Below, one piece after another: positions 9,936-20,519 of a DNA stretch of 64,000 nt. Source of the stretch: an uncultured delta proteobacterium (lineage in GTDB: Bacteria; Desulfobacterota; Binatia; DP-6). The translations under genes and the position numbers were made by a program. Numbering within the stretch: the first letter of the stretch is position 1; each line of letters opens with the position of its first letter. The notes below the pieces were generated by a model, which worked only from the letters and a program-made list of their open reading frames with translations, was not told where the DNA came from and made no database searches. The stretch covers positions 800,001-864,000 of the forward strand of contig CAWFFN010000012.1 in NCBI GenBank assembly GCA_963815115.1, in the 5' to 3' direction.

Positions 9936-12776
9936 GTGTTGCGATTCGCAGCTCTCGGCTTGCTCGTCGTCGCCCTCACCGGGTCGCCGGTTCGGGCCAC
10001 CACCGCTCGGGATCTCTGCGGCGACCCCGTTCCCGATCCCTGCCGGATCACGACGTACCGCGCGGTGGAGCCCGGATCTGTTCTCGACTTTCGCCCCGGC
10101 GCTCTCGTCCTCGCCGCGAATGGAATCCTCGACGCCGGCTCCGGTCAGATGGGGATCGTCGCCCGCGACGTGACGCTCGGGGCCGGAGCCCGGCTGCTCG
10201 CGGCAGGCGGCCGGATCGGCGTCCTCGCGGAGGATCGCATCACGGTCGACGCCACTGCCAGGATCGACGTATCGGCCACGGGCGGCGGCGGGGCCATCGT
10301 GCTGTTCGCGCTCGGCGACGTGCTGGTCGACGGCGCTCTGCGCGCGAAGGGGATCGGGATCCCGGCCTTCGGCGGATCGGTCTCGGTCGCGGCCAACGGC
10401 GCCGTTCGCCTCGACGACGTGGATGCCAGCGGCGGCGCCCAGGCCTATCCGATCGCGGATCGGGCGAGCGTGCGCGTCGTGGCCGGCGGCCGCGTGGATC
10501 TGAACGGCCTCATCGACGCCTCGCACGGCGAGTGCCTGACCTGCTCGATCGAGATCGAGGCGGGCGGCGACCTCACCGTCCAGAAGCTGGACGTGCACGC
10601 GACGGGCCCGTCGGGCAACGGAGGCTCGATCACGGTCGAGAGCGAGGGTTCGATCACGTTGAACGGCGATCTCGCTGCGCCCGGCGGCGGGGGCGACCCG
10701 GATTTCGGTGGCGGCGGTGGTGACGTCGAGGTGGCCGCGCACGACGACCTCGAGGTGAACGGCTCGATCCTGCTGGGTGGCACGGCGCCCGACGGCGACG
10801 GCGGCACGTTCGACCTGCAGGCGGGCGGCGATCTCCGCATCGCGGCCTCGTCCGTGCTCGATGCGGAAGGTGGCGGCGAAGGCTGCGGCGGCTCTCCCAG
10901 CTCGCTCGACGCGGGCCGCGATCTCACCATCGGACGGATCAAGGCCGGCGGCGACTCCTGCGGCGGAGGATCGCTGGACGCGTCGGCCGGCCGCGACGTC
11001 ACGGTGCTCGGCCGGATCACCGCGGGCGCCAGCGCGGACGGCTCCGGGGGAGACCTGGCCATCACCGCGGCGCGCTCGGCGGACGTCCGTGGCGACCTCG
11101 ACGCCAGCGGAGCGGCAGCCGGGAGCGGGGGCTCGGTCCTGGTCGAGGCCTGTACGGTGAGCGTCCCGGCCGGCGTCGTGATCCAGACAAACGGGCTCGA
11201 CGGCAGCAACACCCTGCTCGCGCATGGCCTGATGACGGTCGCGGGCCGCCTCGAAGCGGGCGGTGCGAACGTCCTCGCGTTCGGGAACCCCGCGAGCCCG
11301 CCGATCGTCACCGGAACCGTCGTCCCTCCGGCGACCCCGAGGCTCGACCCGAGCCTCACCCCATGCAGCGGGCTGGCCACATGCGGCAACGGCACGCGCG
11401 ACGCATCCGAGGAATGCGACGACGGCAACACGGAGTCCTGCGACGGGTGCTCGGCCGGCTGCCAGGTCGAGCTCTGCGGCAACGGCCGGCTCGATTGCGG
11501 AGAGGTGTGCGATCCACCGGATCTCGAGCACTGTGATGCCGCTTGCCAGGTGCTGCCGCAGGCCATCGTCACGCTGGGCGGGGCGCCCCGCCGCAACGGC
11601 TGCGAGCTCGAGTGGAAGGTGGAGCTCGCCGATCCGGCCCTGGACTCGCACGGCCTCCCGAAGACGACCCAGAGCTGCATCGACGGAGATCCCGCCTGTG
11701 ACGCCGACGCCGTCAACGACGGCCGCTGCACGATCCGGACGCGAGTCTGCCTGCGCGCCCAGGACCCGCGACTTCCCGACTGCGCGCCGGGCGCGATCGA
11801 CAGCGTCAAGATGAAGTCGCCGTTGCCGCTGGATTCCGACGATCCGACCGACGTCGCCAACGCGAACGTCCTGCGCGACGCGCTCGGCGCCCTGGGCGTG
11901 ACGGTGAAGCAGGGGACGACGGTCGTGCATCCGGGCGTTCCGGATGCCCAGCCCGATCACTGCACCCCGCCGCTCTCGCTGGTCGTTCCGCATGGCGCGA
12001 GGAAGGAGCGCCGCCGCTTCGACCTCGGCGCCCGGGACGTCGACGGCAACGTCATGACCGGCAACCCGCTCAGGCTCGACTGTGCCCCGAGCACCGCGGT
12101 GTGCGGAGACGGCGTCGTCGGCACGGGCGAGGATTGCGACGACGGCAACACGCAGGGGTGCGACGGCTGCTCGCCGACCTGCCATTCGGAGGGGTGCGGC
12201 AACGGCGTCATCGACTGCGACGAGCAGTGCGACGCCGGCACGCCGAACCCACCTCCCGCGACGGGCTGCACGGCCGCCTGCACGGAGGCGCCGCCCGCAC
12301 TGCGCATCCCGGGCGGCGGTGGACGCCCGGTCGACTGCGCCCATGAATGGGCGCTGGTCCTCGACCCGGGCGAGACCGCGGTCGACGGGCGGGGCGTCCC
12401 GAAGACCACCCAGGAGTGCGTCGATGGCGATCCCCGGTGCGACTTCGACGCGACGTCCGGTACCTGTCGCCTGCACGTCTTCTCGTGCCTCGGTGGCGCC
12501 GATGTGCGCCTGGGGTGTCCGGCTGCCGGCGTCGTCAGCGTCGACGTGGTGCAGCCGCGCGTCTCGGACGGCGGCACGGTCCGCGATGCGCTGGTCGGTG
12601 CCCTGGCCGAGCTGCGCCTTCCCGTGGGTCCCGGAGAAGCGTGCACGCGGCGGGTCGATGTCGCCGTGCCGGCGGGGAGGAAGGGCGCCGTGCTCAAGCT
12701 GCGCGCCGACCTGGCCGGCGGAAAGCCCGACCGGGACAAGCTGAAGCTGCGCTGCCTGCCGGCATCCGCGCCGTGA
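9936..12776 (+). CDS. Large secreted protein: Gly-rich beta-helix-like region, myxococcal Cys-rich (DUF4215-like) repeats and a duplicated Cys-rich C-terminal domain
   Basis: Signal peptide; repeated GG-x-I-x-I-x-A motifs; 'CGNG...EECDDGN...DGCSxxC' repeats; two 'PKTTQxCxDGDPxCD' domains. Confidence 0.8.
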   Translation: MLRFAALGLLVVALTGSPVRATTARDLCGDPVPDPCRITTYRAVEPGSVLDFRPGALVLAANGILDAGSGQMGIVARDVTLGAGARLLAAGGRIGVLAEDRITVDATARIDVSATGGGGAIVLFALGDVLVDGALRAKGIGIPAFGGSVSVAANGAVRLDDVDASGGAQAYPIADRASVRVVAGGRVDLNGLIDASHGECLTCSIEIEAGGDLTVQKLDVHATGPSGNGGSITVESEGSITLNGDLAAPGGGGDPDFGGGGGDVEVAAHDDLEVNGSILLGGTAPDGDGGTFDLQAGGDLRIAASSVLDAEGGGEGCGGSPSSLDAGRDLTIGRIKAGGDSCGGGSLDASAGRDVTVLGRITAGASADGSGGDLAITAARSADVRGDLDASGAAAGSGGSVLVEACTVSVPAGVVIQTNGLDGSNTLLAHGLMTVAGRLEAGGANVLAFGNPASPPIVTGTVVPPATPRLDPSLTPCSGLATCGNGTRDASEECDDGNTESCDGCSAGCQVELCGNGRLDCGEVCDPPDLEHCDAACQVLPQAIVTLGGAPRRNGCELEWKVELADPALDSHGLPKTTQSCIDGDPACDADAVNDGRCTIRTRVCLRAQDPRLPDCAPGAIDSVKMKSPLPLDSDDPTDVANANVLRDALGALGVTVKQGTTVVHPGVPDAQPDHCTPPLSLVVPHGARKERRRFDLGARDVDGNVMTGNPLRLDCAPSTAVCGDGVVGTGEDCDDGNTQGCDGCSPTCHSEGCGNGVIDCDEQCDAGTPNPPPATGCTAACTEAPPALRIPGGGGRPVDCAHEWALVLDPGETAVDGRGVPKTTQECVDGDPRCDFDATSGTCRLHVFSCLGGADVRLGCPAAGVVSVDVVQPRVSDGGTVRDALVGALAELRLPVGPGEACTRRVDVAVPAGRKGAVLKLRADLAGGKPDRDKLKLRCLPASAP

Positions 12777-12845
12777 CGCCGGTTCGACGAATGAGGTCGA
12801 ACTCCGGCTCGACGCGTGCCAGCGCCCGGTGAGCTGGATCGAACC

Positions 12846-13805
12846 TCAGGCCGTCGCAGCCGCCGACCCCTGCGAACACGGGCCGGCGAGACGGGACAGC
12901 GCCCCCACGTTCGTGATCGTCTCCACGGCGACGCCGAGCGTGCGGAAGAAGCCGCGCAGCGGCGCGGAGGGGCCGATCTCGAGGACTCGCGTGCCGGCGG
13001 TGAGGAGGGCGTCCATGTTGCTCCGCCAGCGCACCGTGCTGCTCACCTGGCGGACGAGACAATCGAGGATCTCGCCAGGGTCCGGGTCGTGAAAGCCACC
13101 GCTGGCGTTGGCCGTGACGGCCGCGGCGCGCGCCGCGTCGAGGACGCCGGTGGCTTCCTCGTGGAGCACCGGCGCGAACGCGGACTCGGTGCCGGCCATC
13201 AGCCGAGAGTGGAACGGGGCGCTGCCGTCGAGTGCGATCAGCCGGCTCGCCAGGTGGATCAGCCGCCGCTCCGCCACGCGCGTGTCGTCGGCAAGACCCG
13301 ACAGCACCACCTGCTCGCTCGAGTTGTCGTTGGCGATGTCCACTTGGAGGTCGGCGATGGTGCTGGCAATCGTCTCGAGGTCGAGGTTGGGGCCGATGAC
13401 GGCTACCATCCGGCTCCGGCTCACCGGCGCCGCCTCTTGCATGAGCCGGCCCCGGATCCGGACGATGCGCAGCGCGGCAGCGAGGGGCAGGGCGCCCGAC
13501 GCGACCAGCGCCGTGTACTCGCCCAGGCTGTGGCCGCCCCAGGCCGCCACCGCAAGGTCGGTCTCGGCTTCGAGCGCCCGCAGGATGGCGATCTCGGTCG
13601 CGAGGATGGCGGGTTGTGCGAATTCCGTCAGCCGGAGTCGGGGGGCGGTTCCGAAGCAAATGGCGTCCAGGTCGAGGTCAAGCGCCTCGGAGCCCTCCTC
13701 GTAGACCATCCGGGCGGCCGCGAAATTCTCATGGAAGTCGCGACCCATTGCGCTACGCTGAGAGCCCTGGCCCGGGAAGACGATGATGGTTGCGGGAGAA
13801 TCCAT
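12846..13805 (-). CDS. fabD: ACP S-malonyltransferase (malonyl-CoA:ACP transacylase)
   Basis: 'FPGQGSQ', 'TEFAQPAI', catalytic 'GHSLGEY', 'RGRLMQ', 'APFHSRLM', 'VRWRS'. Confidence 0.9.
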   Translation of the reverse strand: MDSPATIIVFPGQGSQRSAMGRDFHENFAAARMVYEEGSEALDLDLDAICFGTAPRLRLTEFAQPAILATEIAILRALEAETDLAVAAWGGHSLGEYTALVASGALPLAAALRIVRIRGRLMQEAAPVSRSRMVAVIGPNLDLETIASTIADLQVDIANDNSSEQVVLSGLADDTRVAERRLIHLASRLIALDGSAPFHSRLMAGTESAFAPVLHEEATGVLDAARAAAVTANASGGFHDPDPGEILDCLVRQVSSTVRWRSNMDALLTAGTRVLEIGPSAPLRGFFRTLGVAVETITNVGALSRLAGPCSQGSAAATA

Positions 13806-13913
13806 GACCGTGATTGCGTGGCCCGGACTAGAGGAGGATATGACCCTCGTCAAGTGATCGGACCTCAGGAGCCGGGGAAATTACGGTAAGAGCCTCATAT
13901 TCCAGTTTTTCCC

Positions 13914-14558
13914 ATGGCTGACCCGAGTAAGGTCAAGGGGCGTGCCCCGGTCGAGCCCACGCGAACGGCACGCGCCCGCCCCGCTCCCCTCTCGCGTGGC
14001 GAGGTGACGCGTGCCCGCATCCGGGAGGCCGCCAACGACCTCTTCCTGCGCCACGGGGTGGACGGGACGACGGTCGAGGCGATCGTCGCCGCCGCCCGGA
14101 TCTCGAAGCCGACCTTCTATCTCTACTTCCAGCGCAAAGAGGACCTGCTGCTGGAATACGGCCTGCAGCGCCTGCGACTCGTGCGCGAGCTGCTGCCCGA
14201 TCTGATCGCGCGCCCCACCTTCCGCGAAGCCCTGAACGCGCTCCTCGACGCCGTCGTGCGCGGAAAAGCTTGGGGGCGCGAGCTCACCGGGCGTGCCATC
14301 CTCGAGATCGGCACGAGCGCCGAGCGCCTGCCCGTCGCGGCCCCCCATACCTTGCTCAAGCCGCTGATCGAGCTCGGCCAGGCGCGTGGCGAGGTTCGCA
14401 CCGACATCCCGGCCGAAGCCCTCGCGCATTTCGTGCTGCGGTCGATCCTCGGAGCGTTGAGCGATTGGGGTCTCGGCAGCGATCGACTCGACCGCGATCA
14501 GGTCCTCGAGCGCACCGTGACGCTCGTGCTCGACGCGCTCGCTCGCCGCGACTCGTGA
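13914..14558 (+). CDS. TetR-family transcriptional regulator
   Basis: HTH 'TTVEAIVAAARISKPTFYLYFQRKEDLL'. Confidence 0.9.
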   Translation: MADPSKVKGRAPVEPTRTARARPAPLSRGEVTRARIREAANDLFLRHGVDGTTVEAIVAAARISKPTFYLYFQRKEDLLLEYGLQRLRLVRELLPDLIARPTFREALNALLDAVVRGKAWGRELTGRAILEIGTSAERLPVAAPHTLLKPLIELGQARGEVRTDIPAEALAHFVLRSILGALSDWGLGSDRLDRDQVLERTVTLVLDALARRDS

Positions 14559-14668
14559 GCAGTCGTCGGTGAAGCATGTTCCTGGGCATTGACGGTACCC
14601 GTGCTCCGCGGCACCCTCGCCACGAGATGGCTCGTCGCGGGCTCGACGGGCCCGGCGGGGGATATGAC

Positions 14669-16072
14669 ATGGCGGACGTTCTCGTCGTCGGTGGGGGAAT
14701 ATGTGGACTCGGCACCGGCGTGCTGCTCGCGCGCGACGGTCACGAGGTGACGGTCGTCGAGCGCGACGCCGACCCGGTGCCCGACACGCCGCAGGAGGCG
14801 TGGGACGCGTGGGAACGCAGGGGGGTCACGCAGTTCCGCCAGCCCCACAACTTCATGCCCGGCCTGCGCCTGATGCTGGAGGCCGAGCTGCCCGACGTCC
14901 AGGAGGCGCTCCGTCGCGCCGGCGCGAGCCGGTTCGACATGCTGAACCCGTTGCCGCCGTTCTTCGCGGACCAGTCGGCGCGCCCGATCGACGACAAGCT
15001 GTGGACGTACACGGCCCGCCGACCCGCTGGCGAGTGGGTCTTCGCCGACGTCGCGCGCAACGAGCCGAACCTGACGATGAGACGCGGCGTCGAGGCGTCG
15101 GGGCTGCTCACCGGTCCGGCGGCGACCGCCGGCGTGCCGCACGTCGTCGGAGTCCGCACCGCCGACGGCGAGGAGCTGCGGGCGGACATCGTCGTCGATG
15201 CCATGGGGCGGCGATCGAGGAGTCCGGCGTGGCTCACGGCGATCGGTGCGCGTCCGCCCTACGAGGAGCAGGCGGACTGCGGGTTCACGTACTACACGCG
15301 GTACTTCAGGGGTACCCCGCCGCAGCGCATCGGTCCGGTGTTCATGCCGGTGGGGACGATCGCGATACTCACCCTGCCGGGCGACAACGGGACCTGGTCG
15401 GTCACGCTCATGACCGCGTCCGGCGACACGCCGCTGAAGACCCTGCGCCAGCCCGACAAGTGGACGAACGTCGTCGGGGCGTGTCCGCTGCAGGCGCACT
15501 GGCTCGACGGGGAGCCGATCACCGACATCCTCGCCATGAGCGGCATCGTCGATCGCTACCGGCGCTTCGTCGTCGACGGTGTGCCGGTGGCGACGGGCCT
15601 GCTCTCCGTGGCCGACGCGTGGGCGTGCACCAACCCGTCGGCCGGCCGCGGTCTGACCGTGGGCTTCATGCACGCGGTGCGACTGCGCGACGCCGTGCGA
15701 GAGGCGATCGACGACCCCTGCGCGCTCGCCCGCCGGTTCGACGAGCTGACGGAAGCGGAGGTCACCCCATGGTACCACGCACAGATCGCGGGCGACCGCG
15801 TGCGCTTTGCGACCATCCAGGCCTTGCGCGAGGGACGCGAGCCGCCGCAGCCCGGCGATCCCCTGGCGAGGCGCATGGCGTCGCTCGCCGCGTCCATGAT
15901 CACGGACCCGGATCTGTTCAGGGCCGGGCTCGAGTACATCGGGACCATCACGCCGATCCAGGAGATCATCGAGCGCCCCGAGGTGGAGCGGCGCGTGCTC
16001 GCCGCGAGCGGCGCGGCGCCGATCGAGCTGCCGGGGCCGAGCCGGCAGGAGCTGCTCGAGCTCGTGGCCTGA
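14669..16072 (+). CDS. FAD-dependent oxidoreductase/monooxygenase-like protein
   Basis: Rossmann motif 'VLVVGGGICG', 'VVDAMGRRS', 'ADAWACTNPSAGRG'. Confidence 0.85.
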   Translation: MADVLVVGGGICGLGTGVLLARDGHEVTVVERDADPVPDTPQEAWDAWERRGVTQFRQPHNFMPGLRLMLEAELPDVQEALRRAGASRFDMLNPLPPFFADQSARPIDDKLWTYTARRPAGEWVFADVARNEPNLTMRRGVEASGLLTGPAATAGVPHVVGVRTADGEELRADIVVDAMGRRSRSPAWLTAIGARPPYEEQADCGFTYYTRYFRGTPPQRIGPVFMPVGTIAILTLPGDNGTWSVTLMTASGDTPLKTLRQPDKWTNVVGACPLQAHWLDGEPITDILAMSGIVDRYRRFVVDGVPVATGLLSVADAWACTNPSAGRGLTVGFMHAVRLRDAVREAIDDPCALARRFDELTEAEVTPWYHAQIAGDRVRFATIQALREGREPPQPGDPLARRMASLAASMITDPDLFRAGLEYIGTITPIQEIIERPEVERRVLAASGAAPIELPGPSRQELLELVA

Positions 16073-16127
16073 GGGCAGTCCCGGCGCTGGCAGAGCGACC
16101 CGAGACGGAGTCTGGGGTCGACCTCCT

Positions 16128-17339
16128 CTAGCGGCCGGGCGGGCGTCGCAGGAGATCGGCGAGCGTCCCGAACGCGGTCTTGTCGTCCGGCTTCGCCAGG
16201 TGCTCCTCGGTCTCGCGACGCTGATCGCGCTCCGCGGCGTCCTGTGCCTCCTTCGCCTGCTCGATCATGGAGAGCCCGATCCGTCGCTTCGCGGGATCGA
16301 GCTCGATGACGGTCACGTCCACCTCGTCGTCGACCGAGACCACCTGGCGCGGATGCGCGACGCGGCGATCGAGCACCATGCGCGAGACGTGCACCAGGCC
16401 GTCCAGCCCGGGGCTCAGCTCCACGAAGGCGCCGAACTGCTCGAGCCGACGGACGCGGCCGCGCACGCTCGTTCCAACCGGGAAGCGCTCGCCCGCCGTC
16501 GCCCAGGGATCGGGGGCGAGCGCTCGCAGCGACAGTCCGACGCGCCGGCTGCCCTTCGCGTCGGTCTCGAGCTTCACGACCTGCGCGTCCACCTGCTGGC
16601 CCACCTGCAGGACGTCGGCGGGATTGGTCACGCGGCCGGGGCCGATCTCGCTCACGTGGATGAGTCCCTCGACCCCGCCGAGATCGACGAACGCGCCGAA
16701 GTCGCGGAGCGACGTCACCGTGCCGGATACGACGGCGCCCTCGTGCAGCCGCTCCCAGGTCGCCGCGGCCTGCACCTCCGCCTCCTCGTCGAGCAGCTGG
16801 CGGCGGGAGACGACGACGTTGCGTCCTCCCCCTTCCAGCTTCGTGATCCGGAAGCGCAGGCGCTCGCCGACGTAGGTCCGGCCTTCCACGCGCCGCCGGT
16901 CGATCTGGGAGCCGGGACAGAAGGCCCGGGCGCTCCCGATCTGTACCTCGTAGCCGCCCTTGATCTCGCCCGTGACCACGCCCTCGACCGGGATCCGGTT
17001 CGCGAACGCCTGCTCGAGCTCGCCCGGCAGGTGGCTGCCACGGCCCGCGACGCGCTTGAGCACGATCGAGCCGGTGCGGGAGCCGTCGTCCACGACCGTC
17101 GCCTCGATCTCGTCGCCCTCCTTGAGGCTCACCTCGCCGGTCCCGGGGTCGCGAAACTCCCCGGTGTCGATCGCGGCCTCGGCCTTGCCGCCGACGGCCA
17201 CGAACGCGGTCGTCGCACCCACCGAGATCACGCGGCCGCGGACGACGTCGCCGGCGGCGAGGCGCTGCTGGCGGCGCGGGGAACCGGTCTCGCTGGCGGC
17301 GAGCAGCGCCGCGAAATCGTCGTCATCCGGCTCGGTCAT
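16128..17339 (-). CDS. rpsA: Ribosomal protein S1-like protein with four S1 domains (probable paralog)
   Basis: Four OB folds, including 'FGAFVDLGGVEGLIHVSEI' and 'FGAFVELSPGLDGLVHVS'; N-terminal 'DFAALL' and C-terminal 'GTLADLL'. Confidence 0.8.
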   Translation of the reverse strand: MTEPDDDDFAALLAASETGSPRRQQRLAAGDVVRGRVISVGATTAFVAVGGKAEAAIDTGEFRDPGTGEVSLKEGDEIEATVVDDGSRTGSIVLKRVAGRGSHLPGELEQAFANRIPVEGVVTGEIKGGYEVQIGSARAFCPGSQIDRRRVEGRTYVGERLRFRITKLEGGGRNVVVSRRQLLDEEAEVQAAATWERLHEGAVVSGTVTSLRDFGAFVDLGGVEGLIHVSEIGPGRVTNPADVLQVGQQVDAQVVKLETDAKGSRRVGLSLRALAPDPWATAGERFPVGTSVRGRVRRLEQFGAFVELSPGLDGLVHVSRMVLDRRVAHPRQVVSVDDEVDVTVIELDPAKRRIGLSMIEQAKEAQDAAERDQRRETEEHLAKPDDKTAFGTLADLLRRPPGR

Positions 17340-17414
17340 GGTTCGCGAGGGCGCCCGCGCGCCCGACGACTCCAGTCATCACGTCGGCGCGGGCGGGACA
17401 AGTGGCGGCGGTCC

Positions 17415-20400
17415 TCATGCTCCGAGGGAGGCGAGCAGCGTCCGGGCCGAGACCAGGTCGGCGGTGTCGAGTCCCTCCGTGAAGCGGGCATAGAGCGGCG
17501 CGAGCAGGTCGCGTGCCCCGGTCGGGTCGCCCGTGCTCGTCCAGAACCGCGCCAGGCTGGTCGCCGCGCGGAGCTGCAGCGCGGGTCCGCCCCGGCGGCG
17601 CGCCACCTCGACGGCGCGGCGCAGGCGGGCCTCGGCCCCGCGGGACGGCCCTTCGCAGCGACCCAGTGCCTCGCCCCCGATCCGGTGCAGCTCCGCCTCG
17701 AAGGCGCGCGCCCCCGTCTCCTCCAGGACGGCGCACTCCGTGTCGACGATCGCCAGTGCTTCCGCCGCCCGCCCCTCCTGGATGTAGGTGGCGGCGAGGC
17801 AGGCACGGGCGGCGCTGTTGAAGTTGGAGCGCGCGCCGATCGCCGCCACGCAGCCTCGCTCCATCTCCGCGATGCCCTCGCGCGCGCGTCCCTCCTCGGC
17901 CAGCGCCCATCCGTGCACGAACTCGCCCCACCCGAGCCACTCCGGGAATCCCTGCTCGGTCGCGACGGCGATCAGCGCCTCGCCCAGGTCGCGGGCGCGG
18001 CCCGGCTCCCGGCGAAGCTGGTACACCCACGCGGCGAAGAAGAGCGCGATGCTCAGGCTGAAGGGGTGTGCTCGCTGGCGGGCGAAGTCGACGAGGGCAC
18101 GCGCGCGCAGCTGCGCCTCGTCTGCCTTGCCGCAGATCCACGACACCATCGCGAGATAGCCCTGCGACACGATGGACGGATCGTGGCCGTAGCGCAGCGC
18201 GTGCGAGCCGTGGCGCCCGACGTCGTACACCCGCAGCACGTCGTCGAGATGGCGCCGCGCGCGGTAGGGCTCGCCGTGCCAGAAGCGGATCTCCCCGAGG
18301 AGCCTGCGCGCCTCCATGACCAGCGCCTCGTCGCCGGCCTGCCCTCCACGTTCGAGGAGCCGCTGGGCGAGAGCCGCCGCCCGCCCGAGCCTGCCCTGCT
18401 CGATGGAGACGCCCGCGAGGCCATGGAGTGCCGTCAAGAGCTCCGGCGCCTCGCCCACCTCCTCGCACAGCGCCTCGGCGCGCGCGTACGCGCGCTCGGC
18501 TGCGGGTGCGGCGTGTCCCCTGGTGGCGACGAGCACGGTCCCGAGGCGGGCCTGCAGCACGAGCTCCCGGCGATCGCGCGCGCGCGACACCGGCACCGTC
18601 GCCAGCAGCTGGATGGCCGTGGTGAGCTGGTGCTCCGCCTCCGCATTCGCCGAGCGCGCCGCCGCCTGCTCGGCGGCGAGGCCGAGGTGCTCGATCGCCT
18701 GCCCGGCGTCGCCGCTGCGCTCGTAGTGGTGCGCGATCGCGCCGTGGTGCGCTCGCAGATCCGCGGCGAAGACCCGCTCGATCGCCCGTGCCGCGCGCTC
18801 GTGGAGCGCGCGGCGACGATCCCCGAGGAGCGACGCATAGGCGGCCTCCTGGGTGAGCGCGTGCTTGAAGACGTACTGCGTGCCCGCCCGTGAGCGCTCC
18901 TCGTACAGGAAGTCGGCCGCCTCGAGGGTGGCGAGCTGCCGGCGCAGCTCCTCGTCGGGCTCGCCGCTGACCTCGCTGGCGAGGTCGCTGCCGACCGTCC
19001 GTCCGACGACCGCGAGCGTCTGCAGCAGCGCCTTGGTGGCGGGATCGAGCCGATCGATGCGAGCGGCGAGCACCTCGTGCACGCTCGCGGGCAGGCGGAT
19101 GTCGGTGAGCGGTCCGTGCTCGTGCACTCCCTGCTCGACGAGCGCCTGCACGATCTCTTCCATGAAGAACGGATTGCCCTCGGCCTTCGCGAGCACGAGC
19201 TCGTGCACGGCCGCGAGGGCCGCGTTCTCGCCGAGGAGCGCCGTGAGAAGCGCCTTCGCATCGTGTGGGCGGAGAGGCTCCAGCTGGAGCTGCGTGGTGC
19301 TCCATCCTTCCCGGTACTCCTGGCGGTAGTTGGTCAGGAGCAGTACGGAGGCGTGCGCTGCCGCGGCGGCAAAGTCCTCCAGGAAGAGGGCGCTCTCCGC
19401 GTCGACCCAGTGCAGGTCCTCGACGATCACGACGAGCGGCCGCTCGATGCTCTCGCGGAGCCAGAGACGCGCCAGGGCTTCGTGCGTGCGCCGCTGCCGG
19501 ATCTCCGGCGCCATCTGCTGGAGCGAAGCGCCGGCGTCCGCGATCCCGAGGAGCGAGAGCAGATGCGGCAGCGTGTCCTCGAGAGCCCGGTCGAGGGCGA
19601 GCACCTTGCCGGTCACCTTCTCGCGCCGGTGGCGCTCGTCGTCGTCCGGCCGGATGCTGCAGTAGCAGCGGACGAGCTCCATGATCGGCAGGTACGAGAA
19701 GGCCTTCCCGTGCGGCGCGCACCCGGCGTCGAGGACGAGCGCGCGCTCCCGCGCCCGGCCCTTCAGCTCGTGGAAGAGCCGCGACTTCCCCACGCCGGCT
19801 TCCCCCACGACCGCGACGCTGCGTCCCGCGCCATGGATGGCCTCCGCGAGGGCTCGCTCCAGGATCGCGAGCTCCGGCGCTCGTCCCACGAAGCGCGCCA
19901 GCCCGCCCGCGGCGCGTCGCTCGAACGGCGTCTGCAGGCGGCCGACGCCGAGGAGCTGGTAGAGGCGCACCGGCTCCGGAGCGCCCTTCACGCGCGCGGC
20001 GCCGAGGGGCTGGAAGTCGAAGAAGCCGGTCGTGAGGGCGTACGTCCGCTCGCTGACGACGACGCAGCCGGGATCGGCCAGGCTCTCCATGCGTTGCGCG
20101 AGCCCGATGGCATGGCCGACCGACACGACGTCGGCGGGTCCGTCGCCGTGGTGGGTGCTGCGCACGACGACCTCGCCGGTGTTGAGCCCGACCCGGATCG
20201 CGAGGCTGGTACCCTTCTCGAGCCGCAGCCGCTCGGCGTACCGGCGGATGTCGTCCTGCATGCGGAGCGCCGCATGGAGCGCGCGCCGCGCGTGGTCCTC
20301 GTACGCCACGGGCGCGCCGAAGAGGGCGAAGACGCCGTCTCCGGTGGACTGCACGACGTGGCCGTCATAGCGCGCGACCGCGTCGCTCATGAGCGCGAGC

Positions 20401-20519
20401 GCCGGAGCGACCACGGCCTCCGCCTCCTCGGGGTCGAGCTCCGCCATGAGGTCCATGGAGCCCTGGATGTCGGCGAAGAGGGCGGTGACGATCTTGCGCT
20501 CGCCTTCGGTCGCAATCAT
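17415..20519 (-). CDS. Class III adenylate/guanylate cyclase fused to STAND AAA ATPase and TPR region
   Basis: 'ERKIVTALFADIQGS', 'TGDGVFALFGAP', 'RVGLNTG', Walker A GEAGVGKS, 'EDLHWVD', and C-terminal 'FTEGLDTADL'. Confidence 0.9.
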   Translation of the reverse strand: MIATEGERKIVTALFADIQGSMDLMAELDPEEAEAVVAPALALMSDAVARYDGHVVQSTGDGVFALFGAPVAYEDHARRALHAALRMQDDIRRYAERLRLEKGTSLAIRVGLNTGEVVVRSTHHGDGPADVVSVGHAIGLAQRMESLADPGCVVVSERTYALTTGFFDFQPLGAARVKGAPEPVRLYQLLGVGRLQTPFERRAAGGLARFVGRAPELAILERALAEAIHGAGRSVAVVGEAGVGKSRLFHELKGRARERALVLDAGCAPHGKAFSYLPIMELVRCYCSIRPDDDERHRREKVTGKVLALDRALEDTLPHLLSLLGIADAGASLQQMAPEIRQRRTHEALARLWLRESIERPLVVIVEDLHWVDAESALFLEDFAAAAAHASVLLLTNYRQEYREGWSTTQLQLEPLRPHDAKALLTALLGENAALAAVHELVLAKAEGNPFFMEEIVQALVEQGVHEHGPLTDIRLPASVHEVLAARIDRLDPATKALLQTLAVVGRTVGSDLASEVSGEPDEELRRQLATLEAADFLYEERSRAGTQYVFKHALTQEAAYASLLGDRRRALHERAARAIERVFAADLRAHHGAIAHHYERSGDAGQAIEHLGLAAEQAAARSANAEAEHQLTTAIQLLATVPVSRARDRRELVLQARLGTVLVATRGHAAPAAERAYARAEALCEEVGEAPELLTALHGLAGVSIEQGRLGRAAALAQRLLERGGQAGDEALVMEARRLLGEIRFWHGEPYRARRHLDDVLRVYDVGRHGSHALRYGHDPSIVSQGYLAMVSWICGKADEAQLRARALVDFARQRAHPFSLSIALFFAAWVYQLRREPGRARDLGEALIAVATEQGFPEWLGWGEFVHGWALAEEGRAREGIAEMERGCVAAIGARSNFNSAARACLAATYIQEGRAAEALAIVDTECAVLEETGARAFEAELHRIGGEALGRCEGPSRGAEARLRRAVEVARRRGGPALQLRAATSLARFWTSTGDPTGARDLLAPLYARFTEGLDTADLVSARTLLASLGA

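Noticed and set aside
6510-20519. STAND ATPases as Avs-type antiphage systems
   Set aside because: Their architectures (regulator-type C-terminus; class III cyclase N-terminus) match common signalling STANDs, and there is no nuclease, TIR or SIR2 effector or defence-island context.
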